DNA of 64,000 bases from a virus: IMG/VR virus record IMGVR_UViG_3300030117_005585, positions 1 through 64,000 of that record, one strand, 5' to 3'. Of the stretch, positions 58,196 through 64,000 are shown in pieces. Below the pieces are notes generated by a model. That model saw nothing but the letters and a program-made list of their open reading frames with translations, was not told where the DNA came from and did no database searches. Positions within the stretch are counted from its first letter, which is position 1; each line of letters begins with the position of its first letter. The position numbers and the translations under genes were made by a program.

Positions 58196-58267
58196 AGCGG
58201 AGGGTAGGAGTCGAACCTACATCTCTTCTTTGGAAAAGAAGTGTGTTTCCTATAACACTTCCCCCGC
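58196..58267 (-). tRNA. tRNA-Gly(TCC), atypical (A8/U14), CCA not encoded
   Basis: GCGGGGG AA GTGT TATAGGAA ACAC A CTTCT TTTCCAA AGAAG AGAT GTAGG TTCGACT CCTAC CCTCCGC T. Full cloverleaf with U73 discriminator. Confidence 0.92.
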
Positions 58268-58310
58268 AATAATATATATATTTAAATTTCACCAAATACA
58301 AATATTTTTT
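58268..58310 (-). promoter_or_regulatory. Promoter class II driving tRNA-Gly and the downstream operon
   Basis: AAAAAATATTTGTAT-N17-TATATATTATT, ending immediately before the tRNA 5' G. Confidence 0.75.
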
Positions 58311-58320
58311 CAACAACCCA

Positions 58321-58554
58321 CTAAACAAGTGGGTCGTTGAATGTATCATAGTCTTCAGAATCGAAGGAAGAACTCTCATAGTACCCAGCAGGCACATCAA
58401 GTACTTCATCCAACGAATCCATACCATCATCATAGTCTGATATCCCTGTGAGGGAATCATCAGGACCAATGACAGGTACATCAATGATTTTGTCAAGACC
58501 GAAGTCTTTGAGTTGATTATCATCTACGATGAAATCATTTACATCTATTTTCAT
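58321..58554 (-). CDS. Highly acidic small hypothetical protein
   Basis: 77 aa, Asp/Glu-rich; AAAGGAAAA leader like other early genes. Confidence 0.6.
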   Translation of the reverse strand: MKIDVNDFIVDDNQLKDFGLDKIIDVPVIGPDDSLTGISDYDDGMDSLDEVLDVPAGYYESSSFDSEDYDTFNDPLV

Positions 58555-58572
58555 TTTCTGTTTTCCTTTACT

Positions 58573-58917
58573 TTAGTTGTTGTTTAAAACTTTGTTAAAA
58601 AATTCATCTTTAGTAATACCAAGTCTACCTTTGGTGTTTCTACCCCAAGCATACTCATTCTTCAGTTGTTTGTTAGCCAACACTTTAGTCCAAAACTCAG
58701 TAGTTGGATTCTCACAAATAAACTCATAGTTTTTGAGAAATCTATCAACAGCACCTTTTCTGAAAAAGTACATTCTTTCATTTCTGAGATTCAGTGTAGT
58801 AGTGCTTAATTTCAAACCAAAATAACCAATCTCAGCTCTAACCATATGGGTAGTGCCGGTTTTTTTATTTACCCAATAAGTGTAGGTATTTTCATTTTTG
58901 AATTTTCCGAAGTTCAT
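58573..58917 (-). CDS. Early hypothetical protein
   Basis: Start refined to MNFGKF, after the AAATAAAGGAAAAACA leader. Confidence 0.7.
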   Translation of the reverse strand: MNFGKFKNENTYTYWVNKKTGTTHMVRAEIGYFGLKLSTTTLNLRNERMYFFRKGAVDRFLKNYEFICENPTTEFWTKVLANKQLKNEYAWGRNTKGRLGITKDEFFNKVLNNN

Positions 58918-58985
58918 TGTTTTTCCTTTATTTCTCATATGTAAAGCTACGAAGAATTTTGCTAATATACAAGGATTATTTCTAG
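58911..58985 (-). promoter_or_regulatory. Promoter class I (early) cassette TTGTAT-N17-TAGCTT + AAATAAAGGAA leader
   Basis: -35 at 58967-58972, -10 at 58944-58949. Near-identical copies at 59832-59860 and 63879-63907. Confidence 0.85.
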
Positions 58986-59001
58986 TTTTTTTGATCTTTT
59001 T

Positions 59002-59514
59002 TTAGAAATCACCTGGCGCTACCTGAAATGTATTTAGTCCTAAATCTCTCCACATTTTGACAACTTTATCTCTGTCATCTACAACAAGAAATACATCATC
59101 AATATCTACAAAAGCATCTAACATTTTTCTTTTCAAAATTTCATCAGGTGCGAATCTCCAATTTGAAACTGCGGGATTACCGGCAGCTACAGGAAAATCA
59201 TCCTTCTGATATTTGTCTGGTCTCATAACCAATAAGTCGTAAGGTACATCATTCCACTCTAACCATTCTTTTGTCCTATCAAACATTCTATCATTTCTGC
59301 CTGAAAATATAACAATCTTAAATCCATCTTGTTTGAACAACTGAGCCATTTTTATTACTGGCTCATTTGGTTCATCGAATGCTATATGGGCTGGATTGAA
59401 AAACTCATTCCAATTCATCTTACCATTTTTACCCATTTTGAGTGCATGGTCTCTTCGTCTATCTATGTTAGCCAGAGTACCATCTAAATCGAATATGACT
59501 GTATTTTTGTCCAT
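59002..59514 (-). CDS. HAD phosphatase (T4 PseT/PNK phosphatase-domain-like)
   Basis: FDLDGTLA, FSGR, LVMRP, D..K and VDDRDKVVKMWRDLG. Confidence 0.88.
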   Translation of the reverse strand: MDKNTVIFDLDGTLANIDRRRDHALKMGKNGKMNWNEFFNPAHIAFDEPNEPVIKMAQLFKQDGFKIVIFSGRNDRMFDRTKEWLEWNDVPYDLLVMRPDKYQKDDFPVAAGNPAVSNWRFAPDEILKRKMLDAFVDIDDVFLVVDDRDKVVKMWRDLGLNTFQVAPGDF

Positions 59515-59526
59515 TTGAATTATTCC

Positions 59527-59805
59527 CTATTTAAAAGGATTAACCATAGTTAAATCTGCTCCAACCCAACCTTTAGATTCAGAGTAAACCATTTTAAACC
59601 TACGACCTAAACCACTAACATCCTTAGATACTCTAACGACATCGTAATTTTTGTTCCATTTATCACTGAACATTCTTTTCATAACTTTGGTGATATACCA
59701 AGATTTGCTTGTATCGTCAGTAGTGACATGATCTGTAAAACTCATAGTTTTACCATTGACTTTATTTCTCATTAAAAACCTAAATGATTCCATTTTTAAT
59801 CTCAT
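59527..59805 (-). CDS. Early hypothetical protein
   Basis: 92 aa, directly downstream of a class I promoter. Confidence 0.7.
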   Translation of the reverse strand: MRLKMESFRFLMRNKVNGKTMSFTDHVTTDDTSKSWYITKVMKRMFSDKWNKNYDVVRVSKDVSGLGRRFKMVYSESKGWVGADLTMVNPFK

Positions 59806-59870
59806 TGTAATTCCTTTATTTTTCTTACCTAAAGCTACGAAGAATTTTGCTAAGATACAAGGAAAAGATC
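59806..59870 (-). promoter_or_regulatory. Promoter class I (early)
   Basis: TTGTAT CTTAGCAAAATTCTTCG TAGCTT at 59832-59860. Confidence 0.85.
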
Positions 59871-59883
59871 AAAAAAAGTCAAA

Positions 59884-60312
59884 TTATTTTTGTGGTTTTA
59901 CTAATAAATTTTCTATTATTTCATTTAGAGCTTTGAATGATGTAACTACGCTTTCAGTACCAGTCGTAAATGCTGGTTCTAAGGGAGCGCCAGATGCTGC
60001 TACAGATGACGTAATCGTAGATGTAATAGCAGTAGAAACACTTGTTGCTAATGTTATAGCAGCGTTCACAGATTGTATAGATATTATAAACGGTGGAGTT
60101 GTAATGGCAACCGGCGGTAAACCAATAGGCGGTGGTAGTAACATTCGAGCTAACTGAAGATTTACTTCTGTTAAGTTAGCTACCGCTGGGGCAATCTGAG
60201 TTGCATAAGCAGGTCCTGATGCTTTGACTGCATTATTATCTGCCACACTAGTTCCACTTTTAGAAGCATCTAATGCTTTTTCGGCTGATTCTAATAGTTT
60301 TGTTTTTGCCAT
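59884..60312 (-). CDS. Ala/Pro-rich hypothetical protein
   Basis: Start refined to MAKTKLLES (ATG 60312); the track's longer start overlaps the tmRNA 3' end. Confidence 0.6.
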   Translation of the reverse strand: MAKTKLLESAEKALDASKSGTSVADNNAVKASGPAYATQIAPAVANLTEVNLQLARMLLPPPIGLPPVAITTPPFIISIQSVNAAITLATSVSTAITSTITSSVAASGAPLEPAFTTGTESVVTSFKALNEIIENLLVKPQK

Positions 60313-60329
60313 TTTTTTCCTAAAGGTTG

Positions 60330-60738
60330 TGGAGCTGAGGGGAGTCGAACCCCTGTCCAAGTAGTTTTCTTCAATAAGTCATTTACAGCTTAGCTGGTTT
60401 CCATCGGTAGAAACCAGCAAACAACCATGTGGATTCCTTTTACTCAGAACATACCCTTTAACTGATATACTTTATACTCGCATATTAGAGTTGGTGTCTA
60501 ACTCATTTTATGACCGAGTGTTAGACAACTCAGTAACTTATGCAGCGTATGCGTAAGTTGGTTGGTCTTGATTATAAGCAACCATAGGTGAGTAATCATA
60601 CTCAGCTAAATGCCAATCAATTACCAACCCGTCTAGCGATTCATCGCCAATTAGGTTAGTTGAGTTTTATTTAAGAGTCTACTCAAACTCTGCTGCACTT
60701 AATTGTCAAATAACACCTGTCGAAACCATTACAGCCCC
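60330..60738 (-). ncRNA. ssrA: tmRNA (transfer-messenger RNA)
   Basis: 5' GGGGCTGTAATGGTTTCGAC; 3' GGGGTTCGACTCCCCTCAGCTCCA with G3-U Ala identity; internal tag ORF ending YAYAA-stop (60538-60648). Confidence 0.93.
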
Positions 60739-60792
60739 AAATTTTTCACTATCATCACTATCACATTTTTTTGTGTGTGTCAAGTATTTTTT

Positions 60793-60954
60793 TCAATCTT
60801 TATCGTCTGCGCCTTTCCACCAATCCTCATCTTCTCTATATTGTTCAAAAACATCATCATCGCTTAAGTAAGCTATCACTTCTCTAACTAATTCCCAATC
60901 TTCTTTTTCAATAGCTTCTTTTAACGTCTCTTTCATCCAATCTAAGTCTAACAT
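60793..60954 (-). CDS. Small acidic hypothetical protein (not in ORF track)
   Basis: Manual translation MLDLDWMKETLKEAIEKEDWELVREVIAYLSDDDVFEQYREDEDWWKGADDKD. GGAG RBS and TATTTAT motif at 60977-60984. Confidence 0.7.
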   Translation of the reverse strand: MLDLDWMKETLKEAIEKEDWELVREVIAYLSDDDVFEQYREDEDWWKGADDKD

Positions 60955-60986
60955 AATTAACTCCAAATGTTCTGATATAAATAGTG

Positions 60987-61307
60987 TTATGCGTCAAAAT
61001 GTTTCCAATTTTTTTCAAAATCATCAAATAGATTTTCTAACTTTTTATTCAACTTATTAGAGTCAATCGGATTAACTTCATTTCTTTTTAATTCAAGAGG
61101 TTTTGGATTTAACAGCGTAACTATTGCTGATAACCCTAACGCTTCCAAAATATTAATTGTAGGTAATCCAAATATATTTGGCATTAACCAATTCCAAAGT
61201 AAACATAATGGAATACTCAAAACCATACCAATCAGTAAAAATGAAATCAATGCTACCAACCCCAACTTTAGCATATCCCAATAAAATCCATACTTTAAAT
61301 TTATCAT
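60987..61307 (-). CDS. Membrane hypothetical protein
   Basis: Hydrophobic, LWNWLMP.IFGL motif; start refined to MINLKY, after GGAG. Confidence 0.7.
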   Translation of the reverse strand: MINLKYGFYWDMLKLGLVALISFLLIGMVLSIPLCLLWNWLMPNIFGLPTINILEALGLSAIVTLLNPKPLELKRNEVNPIDSNKLNKKLENLFDDFEKNWKHFDA

Positions 61308-61933
61308 TGTTTTATCTCCCAACCATCATTTAAAAACCTCTGTGATTTTTTGTACTTCAATACTTTTACAGCATCACCTTTTTTAATAGTAACTAATTGA
61401 TTACGACCAATCTTTTTTTCAGTTCTTTTAACTGTAGTTTCTATTCTTCTATCCATAATTAATTTACCATTTAGGTGATCTATTTCGTGTTGAACACAAA
61501 CTGCTTCTAATAGTCTTAACTCCTTATCATTCTTAGATTTCTCTTTATCTTCCCAGCTACCTGTACCAGTTTCACCTGTATCACATCCACTAAATATCCA
61601 ACCACTTTCCGATTGAGCAGTTTTAATCTCTACCGTTTCGTATCGCTTGGTATGTACTCCTTTGCCAGGAAAAGACAAACAACCCTCATAATAATTAATC
61701 TCATCCGTCTTCGATACAACCTTCGGATTGATGAGTACCAAAGGTTCACGAACATTGACAACGGCCACTTGTGCATCAATTCCCACTTGATTAGCTGCCA
61801 GCCCAATACCGTCTTTTCTTTCGTTAAGTATCGAAAATAATTTTGTTGCGATTTCCAATCCTTCTTCAACTGTAACCTCCTTGAGTTTCTTATGAATTAG
61901 AGGGTTATTATCTTTAGTACAATCTACAATCAC
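61304..61933 (-). CDS. def: Peptide deformylase
   Basis: GIGLAANQVG, EGCLS and QHEIDHLNG. Confidence 0.95.
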   Translation of the reverse strand: MIVDCTKDNNPLIHKKLKEVTVEEGLEIATKLFSILNERKDGIGLAANQVGIDAQVAVVNVREPLVLINPKVVSKTDEINYYEGCLSFPGKGVHTKRYETVEIKTAQSESGWIFSGCDTGETGTGSWEDKEKSKNDKELRLLEAVCVQHEIDHLNGKLIMDRRIETTVKRTEKKIGRNQLVTIKKGDAVKVLKYKKSQRFLNDGWEIKQ

Positions 61934-62362
61934 TTAATCCTCAAACTTATGATTCAAAAAATCTTTTTGTTTCTGATGTGCTTTTTTAAGTGCAGCTTTT
62001 TTCTCCATCTGTCTAGCAATAAGTATCTCATCTTTGGTTCTTCTTTTAGTTTTTTTCTTAGGTGTCACTTTTGTAGGTGAAAGAGTGCCCTTTAATTTAG
62101 GTTGTTCTACACCTTTATGAAACACATTACCATCTTTATCTACGAACTCATTCATAAAATGCCATCCAGCAGGCCTACCTGTTGAAACCCTCTTAGGTTT
62201 ATCTTTTGGCATCCCCACCATACCCATCACAGCCCTACTACCCACTACGGATACTGCTTCCGTACTTACGTTAGCAACAGGGTCTCCTGTAACTTTACAA
62301 TCCATGTAAGCTACTCCATCTATAAAGTAACCACCATTTTTTTCAAATGTATTTTTATCCAT
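61934..62362 (-). CDS. Conserved hypothetical protein
   Basis: GRPAGWHFMNEFVDKDGNVFHKGVEQPKLKGTL; N-terminus is a degenerate zinc finger. Confidence 0.7.
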   Translation of the reverse strand: MDKNTFEKNGGYFIDGVAYMDCKVTGDPVANVSTEAVSVVGSRAVMGMVGMPKDKPKRVSTGRPAGWHFMNEFVDKDGNVFHKGVEQPKLKGTLSPTKVTPKKKTKRRTKDEILIARQMEKKAALKKAHQKQKDFLNHKFED

Positions 62363-62531
62363 TTTTTATTTCCTTTTCTTTTTTTATATTTAAAGTTTTC
62401 ATAATACAACCCCAACAGGTTGTTGAAATAGTTGTTTTTCCAACCACTTCGTAATTTCCACAATTATTTTTACACGCCATAAAAAGTTTTCCATCTTCCA
62501 CATACTGATGATATTTCATTTCAGTTGCCAT
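62355..62531 (-). CDS. Small C4 zinc-finger protein (not in ORF track)
   Basis: Manual translation MATEMKYHQYVEDGKLFMACKNNCGNYEVVGKTTISTTCWGCIMKTLNIKKEKEIKNG fills the gap; its stop overlaps the next ATG. Confidence 0.65.
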   Translation of the reverse strand: MATEMKYHQYVEDGKLFMACKNNCGNYEVVGKTTISTTCWGCIMKTLNIKKEKEIKNG

Positions 62532-62534
62532 AAC

Positions 62535-63056
62535 TTACCCCTTGCTATCTGTATCCACCCAAGGTAGTTTAAAGATATGAGCATTGGTAAACTTATATGG
62601 TCTTACATCTTCTGATTCTAAAATATCTACGACATTAACCCATTTAGGATTCATAGTATCTCTTACTTGATAAACACCATCTTTATGTCCGGCATTTTTA
62701 ATTAAGATAAAGTCACCATAATCAAAAGGCCCTCCCCATCTTTTCAAAAGGTTACGAGATAGTGCAACAAATTTATACTCTGAAGCTTTGTGTATTCTGA
62801 TACGAGTACCATCAGCAGTTATATCTGGCGTCTTATCGGTTTGTGGATACACAGGCTGATACATAGTCACATCTACTATTATACCATACTCTTCATATTC
62901 AGACAATCTATGTTTTAACTTTTCATTAGTCAACCTTAGTTCAGTAATTTGATTACTGTACATATTACCATACTTTTTAAACATATTGGTTGAGAAAAAA
63001 CCATTTACTAGAGTAACTGCTATTAAAGCAGCAATTGCTGAGTTATAGGTTATCAT
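62535..63056 (-). CDS. 3D-domain (MltA-like) cell-wall-related protein with N-terminal anchor
   Basis: VTMY...QTD.TPDITADG...VALSRN...YGD...VRDTM...VDIL. Confidence 0.7.
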   Translation of the reverse strand: MITYNSAIAALIAVTLVNGFFSTNMFKKYGNMYSNQITELRLTNEKLKHRLSEYEEYGIIVDVTMYQPVYPQTDKTPDITADGTRIRIHKASEYKFVALSRNLLKRWGGPFDYGDFILIKNAGHKDGVYQVRDTMNPKWVNVVDILESEDVRPYKFTNAHIFKLPWVDTDSKG

Positions 63057-63496
63057 TACTTATCCCCTTTTTTATTGATATTATTTTTAATTCTGGCATA
63101 CATTTTAGAAACTGATTCCATTTGTTTCTTTGAGAGTGATTTTCTACCCTTTGCTTGTTTGATAATACTCTCCATAAAATTTACTGAGCCTGTTTTATAT
63201 TCATTACTCCAACTTGTGAAGTTAATCTGCTCTTTTACCATTACTAACTTTGGTAATACGCTCTGTAACCACTCATCTCTTTTGAACTGTTCTTGAGGCG
63301 AATTACGTTTTATTATATTATTTATAGCTTCTTCCATCTTAGGCGTAATCTTCCTACCACTAACTAAAGCCACTAACATATCAGAAGTAAACTCATCTGA
63401 TTTGCCGGCAGCTCTAATCTGATTTTCAATAATTTTTTTGAGTTCGATGATTTGTACACCGAACTCTTTTTTATTATGTTCAACCCACTTATTCAT
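63056..63496 (-). CDS. Hypothetical protein
   Basis: 146 aa with an internal two-fold pattern F..xM/I....GRK.(T/S).K. Confidence 0.65.
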   Translation of the reverse strand: MNKWVEHNKKEFGVQIIELKKIIENQIRAAGKSDEFTSDMLVALVSGRKITPKMEEAINNIIKRNSPQEQFKRDEWLQSVLPKLVMVKEQINFTSWSNEYKTGSVNFMESIIKQAKGRKSLSKKQMESVSKMYARIKNNINKKGDK

Positions 63497-63852
63497 TATA
63501 AGTAGTTAGGTCCTGTCCAAGTAAACCAATTAGTTTCGTTAGAAAAAATAGAACCCCTCACGTGTTTTGCCGGAGCTCTCCAACCAGCTGCTTTGAATAC
63601 ATCACCTTTGAAGTAAGGAATACCTTTTAGTACACCATCAGCATTAGCGACAAATCCCCAAACTCTATTCTTCTCAATGACTTTGGTAAATTTTCTACCT
63701 TTGTTGATTCTTAACCCATCTCTAAAGTTTTGGGTTCTTTCTTCGTTTTGAGTCCAATTGGCAAAACTATTACCAATGTTTTCTAATAATTTTTCAACAC
63801 CGTTGTTGAAATCAGTAGCTGCATCTTTATTTAGTTGAGTTTCTAAGTTCAT
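63496..63852 (-). CDS. Conserved early phage hypothetical protein
   Basis: GRKFTKV...VWGFV...GDVFKAAGWRAPAKHVRGSI; start refined to MNLETQ. Confidence 0.75.
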   Translation of the reverse strand: MNLETQLNKDAATDFNNGVEKLLENIGNSFANWTQNEERTQNFRDGLRINKGRKFTKVIEKNRVWGFVANADGVLKGIPYFKGDVFKAAGWRAPAKHVRGSIFSNETNWFTWTGPNYL

Positions 63853-63930
63853 TGTTTTTCCTTTATTTTTCATATATAAAGCTACGAATAAATTTGCTAA
63901 CATACAAGGAAAAGATCAAATTATTTCTAG
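63846..63930 (-). promoter_or_regulatory. Promoter class I (early)
   Basis: TTGTAT GTTAGCAAATTTATTCG TAGCTT at 63879-63907, plus AAATAAAGGAAAAACAATG leader. Confidence 0.85.
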
Positions 63931-64000
63931 TTATTTCTTGTAAAAGAGCCCTTCAACGATTTTTCACTATCACTATCATCATTTTCTTGATTGTCAAGTC

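Larger units (their letters stand above)
3911..60984. promoter_or_regulatory. Promoter class III (late): sense-strand ATATTTAT motif, 13 intergenic copies
   Basis: Minus-sense copies at 3911, 7189, 10087, 11319, 15431, 23137, 29163, 38027, 49604, 51857 and 60977. Plus-sense copies at 29182 and 51896, before the only two plus-strand genes. Confidence 0.8.

Noticed and set aside
58155-58523. 122-aa minus-strand ORF
   Set aside because: Overlaps the tRNA-Gly, its promoter and the 77-aa acidic gene in another frame.
60313-60360. N-terminal extension MDRGSTPLSST of ORF 59884-60360
   Set aside because: It is the tmRNA T-arm/acceptor sequence; the likely start is 60312.
1378-63296. Numerous short plus-strand and off-frame ORFs in the track (e.g. 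3075-3530, 17313-17690, 48626-49045, 59756-60157)
   Set aside because: They lie antisense to or inside well-supported genes, with no RBS or recognisable motifs.
1-64000. Stop-codon reassignment
   Set aside because: Core genes are intact in code 11; TAA, TAG and TGA all terminate genes; no suppressor tRNA seen.
1-64000. Diversity-generating retroelement, introns or inteins
   Set aside because: No reverse transcriptase or TR/VR pair seen. Terminase, primase, portal and capsid genes are of normal length and uninterrupted.

Overview
This 64-kb window is an AT-rich fragment of a large T4-superfamily-like contractile-tailed phage. It uses the standard genetic code, and almost every gene is on the minus strand. 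Left to right it contains: a modular tail fibre, neck and tail-completion genes, major capsid protein, scaffold, a phage ribosomal protein bS21, probable internal head (cargo) proteins, prohead protease, portal and large terminase. These are followed by a HIGH-nucleotidyltransferase/KxDG fusion, a large C1q-tipped fibre, an Mre11-Rad50 (gp47-gp46) fusion, primase, resolvase, a baseplate block with an embedded ferredoxin and a gp55-like late sigma factor. The right end holds a candidate DNA-modification operon, a tmRNA, peptide deformylase and small early genes. Three promoter classes can be read directly from the sequence. The best candidate for a new system is 52211-58310. There, one promoter precedes an atypical tRNA-Gly (A8/U14 swap, T-stem predicted to bind EF-Tu weakly). 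It is followed directly by a DUF4338/DruA-like (Mom-like GNAT) protein, a ParB-endonuclease fusion and a glycosyltransferase, suggesting tRNA-dependent DNA hypermodification coupled to a nuclease. Other notable items are a 36-aa tmRNA tag, protease-punctuated cargo polyproteins and tail-fibre module junctions conserved at the nucleotide level. All family assignments come from motif recognition by eye; no database searches were run.
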